Origin: Mobula hypostoma
Taxonomy: Eukaryota
Direction: 5' to 3'
Length of the DNA: 64,000 nt
Assembly (NCBI RefSeq): GCF_963921235.1
Contig: NC_086097.1
Coordinates: forward strand, 8,246,001-8,310,000
Below the pieces are notes generated by a model. It was not told the DNA's origin. It searched no databases and saw only the letters and a list, made by a program, of their open reading frames with translations. The position numbers were made by a program, and so were the translations under genes. Position 1 is the stretch's first letter. Every line of letters begins with the position of its first letter. Shown here in pieces: positions 24,297 through 37,444 of the stretch.

Positions 24297-25080
24297 TTAG
24301 TCATGATGGCACTAAACAGCGACTCCTTTGCCTGCATCTTCGGAAACAGCACTATTGCCATCTTTAATATCTCTATCTTTCCTTTTCTGGGTTCTTTTGA
24401 GGACCCTGACCTGGAGTTACATGCTGACTTTGGTTCTTTGCAGAAGTGGGATCTGCTCTCGGGGTTTCATGGCTCACTGTTATTCGACATGCCAAGGATG
24501 TGGCCTAAGAACTTTGCTCGCTTTCAGGGGTCCTAACCTTTGGGAGACAGGCGGATCGAAGGTTGGTGTCCCGGCAGAAGATTGATGTGTCGTGGGAGTC
24601 GGAAGATCTATGGCTGTGTGCCCAGAGATCCGATATCTTTGGGCACAGAGCTCGGAAAGAGTGACGCAACAGACTTTTAACCACATAAACCAGCGAGTTG
24701 TTTGTTATGTCTCCCCTCTCACTGTGAAACAGGGACACCTCCTTTTCCCTTATTAGGGAGAGAGCCTGTGGTATGTTGAATACCAGGTGAACGAGTAGTC
24801 TTTGGGGTACTGCAAGTCTGTGTCTTTGCTGTTGCTTTGCTGCACGCTTGAGTGCTCTGTAATGGGTGCTGATGCTTTTTTTGCCAGAGGGGGGAGGAGG
24901 TGGATCTCTGCTTACACGCGGGAGGAGGTCCTGGGGGGCGGGGGGACTTCGGGTTTTAACATTTAAATGTCATTCATTCTTTGGGGGTTCTCCTCTATTT
25001 TCGTGGATGGTTGTGAAGAAAAAGCATTTCTGGATGTATATTGTATATATTTTTCCGACATTAAATGCACCTTTGAAACC
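24297..25080 (+). mobile_element. ~0.8-kb non-coding retroposon (second copy 56194-57307, -)
   Basis: End-to-end similarity between the copies (atggcactaaacagcgac..gaccctgacctggagttacatgctgactt..gacattaaat..acctttgaaa). Confidence 0.8.
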
Positions 25081-26179
25081 AACTGATCACCCTCCTGGCA
25101 CTTATCCTTGTAAGTGGAACAAGTGCTACACCTGTCCCTGCACCTCTTTCCCTCACTACCATTCAGGGCCCCAAACAGTCCTTGCAGGTGAGGCAACACT
25201 TCACCTGTGAGTCTGTTGGGGTTATCTATTTTATTTGGTGTGGCCTCCTGTATATTGATGAGACCCGTCATAGATTGGGATTCACTTTGCTGAGCGCCTG
25301 CCAGAAAAAGTGGGATCTCCCAGTGGCCATCCATTTTAGTTACACTTCCCATTACCTTTCGGATATGTCTATCCATGACTTCCTCTACTGTTGTGATGAG
25401 ACCACACTCAAGTTGAACCAGAGGTTGTTGGGGGTGGGGGGGCGGGGGTCATTACCAGAAGTTCGAGAAATCGATGTTTATGCCATCAGGTTGGAGGCTC
25501 CCCATTTTATTCCACCTGGAGAAGCCTCTAACCTGATGGCATAAACATCGATTTCTCCAACTTCTGGTATTGCTCCTCCCCCCACCTCTGGTTCACTATT
25601 CTCCATTCCCATTTCACACTCTCACCTTATCTCCTTGCCCGCCCATCACCTCCCTCTGGTGCTCCCCCCTTTACTTTCTCCCATGGCCTTCTGTCCTCTC
25701 CTATTAGATTCCCCCTTCTCCAGCCCTGTATCTCTTTCACCAATCAACTTCCCAGCTCTTTACTTCACCCCTCAATCCTCCCAGTTTCTCCTATCACCTA
25801 CTATCTTATATTTCTTCCTCCCCTCCCCCCACCTTCTTACTCTGACCCCTCATCTTTTTTCCTCCAGTCCTGATGAGGGGCCTCAGCCTGAAACTTCGCC
25901 TGTCTACTCTTTCCATAGAAGCTGCCTGGCACTTCTGCGTTCCTCCAACATTTTGTGTGTGTTTCTGGGATATCCAGCATCTGCTGATTTTCTCTTGTTT
26001 GTGAGTGGAAAAGGCCCTTCTGGCCCATCAAGCTGTACTGTCTAGCAATGCACCCATTTAACATTAACCTAATCAGAGGACAGCTTACAATGACTGTTTA
26101 ATCTACTAACAGCACATCTTAGCTCTGTGGGGGTAACCCGAAGCAACTGGAGGAAACCCACACCCTCACTGGAAGGACA

Positions 26180-26674
26180 TAGTCATAGTCACAGTCATAC
26201 TTTATTAATCCCAGGGGAAATTGGCTTTCGTTACAGTTGCACCATAAATAATAAATAGTTATAAAACCATAAATAGTTAAACAGTAATATGTAAATTATG
26301 CCAGGAAATAAGTCCAGGACCATCCTATTGGCTCAGGGTGTCTGACCCTCCAAGGGAGGAGTTGTAAAGTTTGATGGCCACAGGCAGGAATGACTTCCTA
26401 TGATGCTCTGTGCTGCATCTCGGTGGAATGAGTCTCCGACTGAATGTACTCCTGTGCCCACCCAGTACATTATGTAGTGGATGGGAGACATTGTCCAAGA
26501 TGGCATGCAACTTGGACAGCATCCTCTTTTCAGACACCACCGTCCGAGAGTCCAGTTCCATCCCCACAACATCACTGGCCTTACGAATGAGTTTGTTGAT
26601 TCTGTTGGTGTCTGCTACCCTCAACCTGCTGCCCCAGCACACAACAGCAAACATGATAGCACTGGCCACCACAG
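26180..26674 (-). mobile_element. 5'-truncated young Rex1/Babar copy inside a V-SINE (26010-26772)
   Basis: Very similar to 48210-48702; (ATGACT)n tail; ORF 26325-26672. Confidence 0.9.
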
Positions 26675-27406
26675 ATTTACAAACTTATTACAGACAGCAT
26701 CGGAAATAACTCCAAACTCTGACGGCCCATGTTGTTACAGCATCATGCTAACCGCTACAGTACTGTGGCACCACTTTATGATTAGGTCTTGATCAGATTA
26801 TTGATTTGTGAGGGTGTCAAAGGTTACGGGGAGAAGGCAGAAGAATGTGTTTGAAAGGAAGAATAAGTTAGCCAAGAATGAATGCCAGAGCAGTTTTAAG
26901 TAGCCAAATGACTTAATTCCATTTCTATGTCTTTTGCCTTTTTACATGGTGAATTTACGGGGTAAATATTTTTTATGAAACTAGTTTATAACAATTACAA
27001 TATTCTGTTACACCATATGTGAAATCCTGTTTCTGTATATCAAGTAGTGCAGTGAATTATAACAGGGTATAACAGCAGGCAGGGAAATGTACCTTTCAAC
27101 AAAGCACAGTATAACTGATTTGTTCTGTCCTCATTCTGTGAGCTTAACCTTTCACAACTGCTTCCATTTATATAATGCTGTTAACATTGCAACAACACCA
27201 TATGCTGCTTTATGAATGTGTTATTAATCAATAAAAAATCATGCAGACCCACATAAGGAGATACTTAAGATGACAGAAGGTCAGGAAGGTAAAGGTACCT
27301 GGGATGCAAGCAAGAATGGTGCAGAATGGTTACACTACGGACAGAATCCATTACATATATTGGATTCATATCACTTCCGCGTAAGAGCAATCAACTAATT
27401 CTACTC

Positions 27407-27712
27407 AATACAAGAGATTCTGCAGACTTTGGAAATTGAGAGCAACACACACAAACAAAATGTTGGAGGCACTCAGCAGATGAGGCAGTATCTATAGAAG
27501 GGAATAAGCATTCGAGAAGACCCTTTTGGGAGAAGACCCTTCATCAACACTGGAAATGAAGGAAAGAAGAACGCAGAGTATTCTGATTTTATTCTGGTGT
27601 ATTCCTCCTTCCTTTCCAATCCTGAAGAAGGGTCTTGGCCCAAAACGTTGACCATTGATTCACTTTCATAGATGCTGCCTGACCTGCCGAGTTCCTCCAT
27701 CATTTTGTGTGA
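27407..27712. mobile_element. Fold-back mini-Penelope (old)
   Basis: Inverted pLTR arms with decayed hammerhead cctgaagaagggtcttggcccaaaacgttgac. Confidence 0.7.
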
Positions 27713-29375
27713 GTACCATTCCTTTGCTTGTTGCCCACCACCCAGTAAGTTCTTTCCTTTGAGCTACTTGTCCTGTGACAAAATCCATGCAAATTTGTTT
27801 CAGTGCTGGGAATTAGAGGGTAACAAATGAAGTTTACCTTTATGACTGGAAGACAATTAGAATGGTCCCGGGTATGGATGAACACTTTAGCAGCAGATGA
27901 GCTAAACACGTGGCACTTAACTTACTCAAGCAGGGCTGATCACCAAACTTGAAAGAGAATATCAAATGGCTTCATTCAGATTGAGCTGTAAATTAAACAG
28001 AAAGTTTCAGGCATGAGATTCAGTGTGCATGGATTGCCAAATAACTATAAACTTTAAAGAGAGTATAAATCAAAAGAGGCTAAAATAGCTAATTATTGAA
28101 ATTACGGAAAAAGCACTCATTGGCTACTTGATTAGATACCTCCTCTACCTAATAAAGTGACAACTGAATGTATGTTCTTGGCCTTTTGCCTCTGAAGCCC
28201 ATCCACTTAAAGGGTTGATGGTTTGTGCGTTCATAGGTGCTGCTTTGCACACCACTGTTGTAACGCCTGGTTATTTGATTTACTGTCACCTCCCTGTCAA
28301 CTTGAACCAGTCTAGCCATTCTCCTCTGACCTCTTGCACTAATAAGGAGTTTTCACCCATAGACCTGCCAGTCACTGAATGCTTTTTGGTTTTTGCACCA
28401 TTCTCTGTAAACTCTACAGACCATTGTGCATGAAAATCCCAAGAAATTAGCTGCTTCTAAGATACTGAAACCACCCCATCTGCACCAACAATCACTCCAC
28501 AATCAAATTCACTTAGGTCACATTTACCATAAGACATAAGAGCAAAATTAGGCCTTTTGGCCCGTTGAGTTTTCTCTGCAATTTGATCATGGCTGATTCA
28601 TTTTCCTGTCAACTCTATTCTCCTAGCTCCTCCCCGTAATCATTCTCACCCTGATTTATCAAGAAACTATTAACCTCCTTCTTCAATATACCCAATGACC
28701 TGGCTTCCACAGCCACCTGTGGAAATGAATTCCACAGATTCATTACCATCTGGCAAAAGGAATTCCTCTTCATCTCTATTCGGAATGGAAGTCCCTGAAT
28801 TCTGAGGCTGTGTCTGCTAGTCCTGGACTCCCACACTAAAGGAAACATCCTCTCCACATCCACTATCTAAGCCTTGCAACATTTGGTAGGCTTCAACGAG
28901 ATCCTCCCTCACTCTTCTAAATTCCAGTAAGTACAGGCCCAAAGCATCAAACACTCCTCAAACAATAAGCCTTTCACTTCCAGCCTTTCATTTTTGTGAA
29001 CCTCCTTTGAACCCTCTGCAATGTCAGACCTTTGTTTGATAAGGGGACCAAAATGCTCACCAATACTCCAAGTGAAGCCACACCAAAGGTTTATAAAGCA
29101 CCAACATTACACCATTGCTTTTATATTCTAGTCCTCTCAAAATGAATGTTAACACTGTATTTGCCTTCCGCACCACAGAATCAACCTGCAAATTAAATTT
29201 AGGATATCCTGCATGAGGAAATCCAAGTCCCTTTGCACCTTGAATTTTTGAATTTCCTCTCTTTTCAGAAAATACACCATGCGTTTATTCCTTCAAACAA
29301 AGTTCATGACCATATACTTCCCAACACTGTATTCCTTCTGCAACATCTTTGCCCTTTCTCCTAAACTGTCCAAGT

Positions 29376-30334
29376 TATTTCCGATGCTGTCTGTAATAAA
29401 TTTGCCGATGATACAAAGATAGGTGAAGGAATGGGTAGTACTGAGGAAACAGAGACCCTTCAGGGAGACTTAGATAGTTTAGGGGAATGGGCAAAGAAGT
29501 GGCAAATGAAATACAATGTTGGAAAGTGTATGGTCATGCACTTTGGTGGAAGAAATAAACAGGCAGACTATTATTTAGATGGGTAGAGAATTCAAAACGC
29601 AGAGATGCAAAGGGACTTGGGAGTCCTTGTGCAGGATATTCTAAAGGTTAACCTCCAGGTTGAGTCAGTGGTGAAGAAGGCAACTGCAATGTTGGCATTC
29701 ATTTCTAGACATATAGAATATAAGAGCCGGGGTGTGATGTTGAGGCTTTAAGGCACTTGTGAGACCACACTTGGAATACCGTGTGCGGTTTAGGGCTCCT
29801 TATTTTAAAAACGATATACTGACAATGGAGAGGGTTCAGAGAAGATTTACGAGAATGTTTCCCGGAATGAAAGGGTTACTGTATGAGGAACGTCTGTCAG
29901 CTCTTGGTCTGTATTCCCTGGAGTTCAGGAGAATGATGGGGGATCTCACAGAAACATTCTGAATGTTAAAAGGCCTGAGCAGATTAGATATGGCAAAGTT
30001 ATTTCCCATGGTAGGGGAGTTTAGGACAAAGAGGGCACGATTTCAGGATTGAAGGATGTCCATTTAGAACAGAGATGTGGAGAAATTGCTTTAGTCAAAG
30101 GGTGATAAATCTGTGGAATTTATTGCCACAAGCAGGTGTGGGAGCCAACTCATTGGGTGTAATTAAGGCGGAGATAGATAGGTTCTTGATTAGCCAGGGC
30201 ATCAAATGGTATGGGGTGAAGGCAGGGGAGTGGGGATGACTGGAAGAATTGAATCAGCCCTTGATTGAATGGCAGAGCAGGCTCAATGGGCCAAATGGCC
30301 TACTTCTGCTCCTATACCCTATGGTCTGATGGTC
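29376..30334 (+). mobile_element. CR1 LINE 3' kb inserted antisense in CR1
   Basis: KFADDTKIG..WQMKYNVGKC..RPHLEY..ERVQRRFTRM; tail cctatggtctgatggtc. Confidence 0.9.
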
Positions 30335-33300
30335 CAAATCATGACGTATGACGTAAAAAGTAGTAGTCCCAACACCAACCCCACAGCATACTACTAGTTA
30401 CCAGCAGCCAATGAGAAAGGCTAAATTTATTCTGATTCTTTGGCTCCTGCCAATTATACAATGCTCTATCCATATTAAAATCTTTCCAGTAATACCAAGA
30501 GTTCTTATCTTGCTAAGCAGCCTCCTGTGTGGCACCTTGTCAAAGTCCTTCTAAAAACTCAAGCACACAATATCAATTGATTCTCCTTTGTCTATCGTGC
30601 TTGTTATTTCTTCAAGGAATTCCAACAGATTTATCAGGCAAGAATTTCCCTTGAGGAACCCATACTGTCTATGACATGTTTTACCACATGCCTCCAAATA
30701 GAGTAAAACTTCAACCTTAACAATTCACTCCAACATCTTCCCAACCACTGAGGTCAGGCTAATTGGTCTATAATTTCCTTTCTTCCACCTTCCTTCCTTC
30801 CTGAATAGGAAAGTAACATTTGCAATTTTCAGTCCTCTAGAAGCATGCCAGAAACTAGTGATTCTTGAAAGATCATTACTAATGCCTCCACAATCTCTTT
30901 AGCTACTTCTTTCAGAACCCTGGGATGTAGTCCATAAGACCATAAGACAGAGGAGAAAAATTAGGCCATTCAGTATTGGAGTCTGTTCTGCTATTCTATC
31001 GTGGCTGATCCTGGATCCCAATCAACCCCATACACCTGCCTTCTTGCCATAACCTTTGATGCCCTGACCAATGTGGAAATTATCAAATTTCACTTTAAAA
31101 ATACACACAATCTTGGCCTCCACAGCTGCTTGTGGCAGAGCATTCCACATATTCACTACTCTCTGGCTAAGAAAATTCCTCCTTACCTCTGTTCTAATGG
31201 GTCACCTCTCAATTTTGAGGCTGTGCCCTCTAGTTTTGGACACCGTAACCACAGGAATCATCCTCTCAACATCAGTCTTATCTAGTCCTTTACACATTGG
31301 GTAGGTTTCAATGTGATACCACCCCCCCAGGCCCCGTGCTGCATTCTTCCAAATCCCAGTGAGTATAAGCTCAAAGTTGCCAAACGTTCCTCATATGTTA
31401 ACCATTCATTATTGGAATCATCTTTGTGAACCTCATCTAGACACTCTCCAATGAAAACACATCCTTTCAGAGATATGGGGCCCAAAACTGTTGATAATAC
31501 TCCAAGCGCAGCCTGACTAGTGTCTTATAAAGCCTCAGCATTAACTCCTTGTTTTTATATTCTATTCCTTCTGAAATGAATGGCAACATTGTATTTGCCT
31601 TCTTTACCACAGACTCAACCTGCAAATTAACCTTATAGGAGTTTGCACAAGTACTTCCACGTCCCTCTGCACTTTTGAAGTTTGAATTTTCTCCCCATTT
31701 GGATAATAGTCTGATCATTTGTTCCTTTTACCAGAATGCATTCTCATTCACTTTCCAACACTGTATTCTACCTGCCATTTTTTTTGCCCATTCTTCCATT
31801 TGTCTAAGTCCTTCCGCAATCATGTTGCTTCCTCAGCACTACCTACCCCTCCACCTATCTTCATATAATCCATAAACTTTGTCACAAAGCTACCAATTCT
31901 ATTATCTAAGTCACCGACAAACAATGTGAAAAGTTGCAGTCCCAATACTGATACCTCAGGAACACCACTAGTCACTGGCAGCCAATCAGGAAAGGCCCCT
32001 TTTATTCCCACTCGCTGCCCCCTGCCATTCCTCAGTGTCTTGTCATTACCTTTCCTGTAACGTCATAGGATTTTACCTTGTTAATTAGTCTGATGTGTGG
32101 CACTTCATCAAATGCCTTCTGAAAATTTATGTAAATGACATCCACTACTTCTCCTTTCCCACCCCACTTGCTATTTCCTCAGATTTGTCAAGCAAGATTT
32201 CTCTTTACAGAAACCATGCTGACTTTGATGTATTTTATCAGTAGTCTCTAAGTACCCGGAAATCTTATCCCTAATGATGAACTCTAACACTATCCCAACC
32301 AGTGAGGTTGGGCTAACTGGCCTATAGTTTCCTTTCTTCTGTCTTCCTCCCTTCTCAAAGAGTGGAGTGACATTTGTAATTTTCCAGTCCTCCGGAACCA
32401 TGGCCAGAATCAAATGATTCTTCAAAGATCATAGCCAATGCATCTGCTATCTCTTAAACAATTTCTTTCAGGACTCTGAGATATAGTCCATCTGGTCCAG
32501 GTGACTTATCCAACTTCAGACCTAGCACTTCTTCCTTTGTAATATCAATGGCACTCACTTTTGCTCCCTGACACTTGTGGACCACTGGTACACTGCTAGT
32601 GTCCTCCACAGTGAAGACTGTTGCAAAGTACTTATTAAGTTCATCCGCCATTTCATCCCGCATTACTACCTTAGCAGTATCATTTTCCAGTAGTTCAATA
32701 TTAACTCTCATCTACCTTCTACTCTTTATATAACGGAAAAAATACTGTCAGTACCCTGCTTTATATTATTGGCTAGTTTTCCCTCAAATTTCATCTTTTC
32801 CCTTCTTATGGCTTTTTAGTTGCCTTTCATTGGATTTTAAAAACTTTCTAATCATCCAACATCCCAGTCACTTTTGCTAAATTCCTTGGCTTTTATACAG
32901 TCCTTTTCTTCCCTTGTGAGCCACGGTTGCCACCGCTGCCGTTTGAGAACTTCTTCTGTGGGACATATCTATCCTGCTCTTTGTGAACTATTCCCAGAGA
33001 CATCAGTCATCTCTGCTCTTCTGTCATCCCCACCAGTGATCCATCTGATCCACATGACTTTACCTACCTTCAAACCTTTCAGATTCACCAGCAACTTCCT
33101 GCTAGTAATTGCATCTGCATTCACTTCTGCCCCCTGACGGTCTCGGACTTTTGGCATTCTGCGCCTTTTGCAAAGATGTGATTTTATTTTTTACCAACAG
33201 AGCTATCCATCCCCTTTGCCTACCTATCTGTCCTTCCGATATAATATGTATCTATGCATCTTTGGACGGTAATTTCCTAACTATAATTTTCTTTCAGCCA

Positions 33301-33518
33301 CAACTTAGTGATGCCCACTATGATGTGCATTCAGTTTTGTACTCATCACACTTATCAATATTTTTCTGCTGGGTTACACTGCAGCTCATGCCACTGCCAG
33401 CAAGTTTGCCCTGTCATCTGCCTGACCTTCCTGACAGTCTCACTACACACTGCCTCTGCTTGTACACCAGCTGCCTAATCCTCAGCCCATCAGTCTGGTT
33501 CCCAAACCCCTGCCAAAT

Positions 33519-33712
33519 TTCTTAAAAAAAAGGATCTAGTGCTTTCCTGGCTTATATTGCAAATAAACTTTTCACGGGCTTCCAGCCAAGTACAGATATT
33601 AATTATAACCAATGTTTTGATGACAAACTCTGCCATCCTCATCAGAGTTTGTCATCGAAATGTCAATTATAACCAATACTGTACCCAGCTGGATGCCCAA
33701 GAAAAGTTTATT
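33519..33712. mobile_element. Fold-back mini-Penelope of a second family with a decayed hammerhead
   Basis: Inverted arms 33562-33632 / 33643-33712; minus strand CTGATGAG-GATGGCA-GAGTT-TGTCATC-AAAAC; plus arm retains TGTCATC-GAAATGTC. Confidence 0.7.
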
Positions 33713-34057
33713 CCCCATGAAAAATTAGTTTAAATCCTCCCAAACAGTTATAGCAAACTTACCTGCAAGGGTATTGGTCCCCCTCGTGCTCAGGTGTAAC
33801 CCATCCTTTTGTACAGGTCATTCCTTCCCCAGAAGAGATCCCAATGATCCAGAAGTATGAAACCCTACCCCCTGCATCAGTTCCTTTGCCACATATTTAA
33901 ATACCAAATCATCCTGTTCTTACCCTCACCTACATATATCACAGGCAGCTATCCAGAGTTTATGACCCTGGAGGTCACGCTTTTCAGCTTTCTACTTAGC
34001 TCCCTAAACTCTCCCTGCAGGACCTCCTCACCTTCCCTACCTATGCCATTGATGCCA

Positions 34058-34691
34058 TAGAGAGAACGGGAGGAGAGAGAGTAGCGCGCCACGCGTACGC
34101 AGCCCTCCAGTGAAAAATGATATTGTACCTATTAAATAGGGGCCGTGGACAATTCTGATTTGATGGAGACGGACGTGAAATCACACAGGAACATCTGGAG
34201 AAATTTCTGAAACGCTCATTCGCTGCTGTTGTTACTGCGCGGTCAGGAATCTTCCAGAGGGAAGGCCTCAAAATCATCAGCTTTGCCTGCTGTTGGTAAC
34301 CGAGATTGAGGTCGAATCGTTCGTACAGAGATGGTGCTCAGTACTCGGTGTTGGAGAGCTGATTCGGAGGCTCAAAGTTTTCGGATGACGCAGAGGCGGA
34401 TTGTGGTCAGGCATGGCAGGGAGAGTTTTTCTTCCTTCTCCCATCTGCGTGAGATGTGGGACATTTGAGAGACTTTGAACTTTTTACTGTGCTCATGGAC
34501 TGTTCTTCATCAAGTTATGGTATTGTTGCACTGTTGTAACTATATGTTATAATTATGAGGTTTTGTTAGTTTTTCAGTCTTTGTCTGTCCTGTGTTTTGT
34601 GATATCACACCGGAGGAAATATTGTATCATTTCTTCATGCATGCATTACTAAATGACAATAAAAGAGGACTGCGTGTCTTCATAATCTAAT
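34058..34691 (+). mobile_element. CpG-rich non-coding retroposon with (AATCT) tail inserted in CR1 ORF1
   Basis: 3' half matches 520-852; 3' hairpin gaggac-tgcgt-gtcttc; CR1 sequence on both sides. Confidence 0.75.
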
Positions 34692-37444
34692 ACATAGAAT
34701 CTTGTGTCTACTCCAGCGATGGAATCCCCTATCACTACTGAGTTCTCTTGTCCCTGCTTCCATTCAGAGCCACAGTGCCGGAGACCCGGTCACTCTGGCT
34801 TTCCCTGATAGTTTGTCCCCCCACTCCAACAGTATTCAAGGTAGTATACTTACTATTGAGGGGAATGGCTACAGGGGCACTCTGCACTAGCTGCCCATTT
34901 CCTTTCCCTCTCCTGACAATCACACAGGTATCTGCCTCCTGCAACTTAGGGGTGACTCCCTCTCTAAAGTGCTATCTACCACCTCCTCAGTCTCCCATAT
35001 GAACTGAGCTGTAACTTCAGGGCATTAACACCTTCTCTGAGGGGGTGCAGCTTGATGCAGATGTGGTTATCTGGAAAACCGGAGGTTTTGCAAAATTCCC
35101 ACATCTCGCACAAAGAACATAGCACAGCCTCTGAACCCACTCTCACTGCTCTAACTCTGTACTAACTGAAAAAGAATGAAGAAACTTACCATACATATAC
35201 CTCTACCAAACCTGTTCTTATCAAAGCCTGGTGAACCAAAGCCTCCCCACTCTAGCACTGGTTCACTCACACAATGGCCACTACAACAATTGCTGCTCTG
35301 CTGGTCCCTGCCTTTCATTTTTCCCCTTGCTAATAAATTGCGATATGATTGGGCCACTGGAAAATACCAAATGCCTGTGAACCCTCCTTTTTAAATCTCA
35401 CTCACAGACCTCATTCCTTACCCTCATTTCTACTCTCATTCCCAATTCAATTGGGGCCACCAGAAAGTCACTGAAAGCATGTGAATGCTCCTTTTTATAT
35501 CTTGGTCACAGATCTGTGAGTTTCCTCTTCTCTCATTTCTGATTCAACTGGGACATTAGAAATATCGGGATTTCTTCCTCCTTTCTATGTTTGATATGAA
35601 TAACAACTGAAGCTCTTCACCATGTTTGCATGCTTTTATGCATTGGGTTGCTGCCACATGTTTGGCTAATTAGATACCTGCATTAACAAGCAGATGTACA
35701 GGTGGGCCAAATAAAGAGGCCTCTGTTAAATGGTTAAATTACGTTCTGCAATTACTTTTCTAATAGATTGAACTTTAAAACTCCCCACCTGCCCATTACC
35801 ATCTCCCCAAACCCAACTATCACCTGTAAGTTTTCTCCACCCCTTCCCTCCAACATTTTATGCTGACAGCTCGTGTACATTGCTAAACACTAGAGACACT
35901 GGATAGGGCAGGAAGCATCTGTGGAAAGAGAAATCGAGTTACTGTTTCACGCAGAGAGCCCTTCATCAAACTGGAAGAATAGCTGTCCTTCTTTTCACAG
36001 CTGCTATTTGATCTGTGGAGTACTTCCAACACTTTTATGGTTGTTCTTCATATTTGAAATTTACACCAACCACATAGTTTTTCATTATTTTTATTCTTCA
36101 TGCAGAAGGAATTGAAGCTTTCACATAAAACCTGGAAGAAAAATTCTCCTTTCAAAACATAACTGGTGTAGAAAATCAAATTCCAACAGCTCTGTTGAAA
36201 TTTATTAATGCTGTTCAGATTATTATAGAAATTTCCTTAACAATTATTTCAAGTCAAGTTTAAATTTATTGTCATTCAACTGTATACATGTATACCGCTA
36301 TATGAAACATTTCTCCATACCATGGTGCACAACACAGTGCATATAACTCATACACAACACAAAGTATTATCAAAAATAAATTAACAATTAATAAAGTGCA
36401 TTTACAGCATAAGTTAAAAAGTATTCAGTGCAGTGCTATGATAAAGGTGACTCATACGTGATCTGACCTGGGCGGTGGCAGGGAGTTCATGGCCTGGGGA
36501 AGCTGTTTTCCGACCTAACAGGTCTTATCGTAATTCTGCAGCACTTCCTGCCAGATGGTAGAGGGTCAAAGAGATTGTTTTATAGATAGGAGGCATCATT
36601 GACAGTGTTAAATATCGCAATGGTAAATATCTTGGATTGGTGGAAGAGAGTCCCTGATGATGCTCCCAGCAGTCTTCACAATCCCTTGTAGAGTCCTGTA
36701 GTTAAAAGCCTAGCAATTGCCATACCAGACATTGATGCAGCTGGTCAGGACACAATCAATGGTGCTCCTGCAGAAATTGGTTAGAATGGAGTGGTGTAGA
36801 GTGGGCCTCACTGCCCTTAATCTCCTCAGAAAGTGGAGATGTATTCACAGATAAATATGTATCAATCTGAAGCACCTTCATTTTTTTTGTAATGTGCAAT
36901 GAAAGCTTCTGGTTTAATCATTATTGTCACTTGCACCACAGGTACATATTTCAAGCACCAATCCAGCAGTATTTCTGCTCTGATATAAGCATAAATTTGA
37001 TGCCTAACGTGAACACATTATTGGAGTTGTGTAACCAACTGAGGTGGCAAATAAGTAGTCTATTGCAAGTTATATGTGCTGGATCAGAAGAATATTATTA
37101 CAGGGACTTTGTGCAGCAAAAGTTAAAAGATGGAATATTAACAAAATATTCATGAGACCCTTCTGCAGTTTGAACATTTGTTGGATCAAAGCTTGGATAG
37201 TCTTTGATCTGCTCCAGTATAAAAATAGAGAATAGCTGCATTACAATGTGGTGATTGCTGACCAGTCCACTAAGTTACAACAGGCTTTCAGCTCTGATTA
37301 AAGATGTGCTATCAAATATATGGAAAAACTAACAAGGAATCAAACAGCTATTAGCCAGCTGATGATCATCAGCCCAAAAATCAAACTAAAATATAATATA
37401 ATCAGAATCAAGTTCAATATCACTGGCATATGTCATAATATGTG

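Larger units (their letters stand above)
19495..26003 (+). mobile_element. Near-complete Penelope-like element (RT + GIY-YIG + 3' pLTR), fragmented by three insertions
   Basis: TIKPAD..GAVV and FYLLPKIH (19735-20000); CSCPTELISAYL..IFTMDV; LFVGYVEQ..YVDDCIG (22045-22239); LDYTSSH; GIY-YIG CESVGVIYFIWCGLLYIDETRHRLG (25182-); pLTR 25560-26003. Confidence 0.85.
28527..35570 (-). mobile_element. Stacked CR1 LINEs: minus copies with tails at 28527 and 30934, the latter reaching ORF1/5'UTR
   Basis: Two accataagac tails; VPEDWKITNVTPLFEKGGRQKKGNYRPVS; KSPGPDGLY.RVLKE; ORF1 PVAIPLNSKYTTL (34735-34944). Confidence 0.85.
28113..35727. mobile_element. Non-autonomous Tc1-like element (28113-28526 and ~35570-35727) split by a ~7-kb CR1 stack
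   Basis: Decayed Tc1-type TIR (cactcattggctacttgattagatacc / caggtgggccaaataaagaggcc); sequence appears continuous across ..ggtcacattt|..tttcttcctc. Confidence 0.55.
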
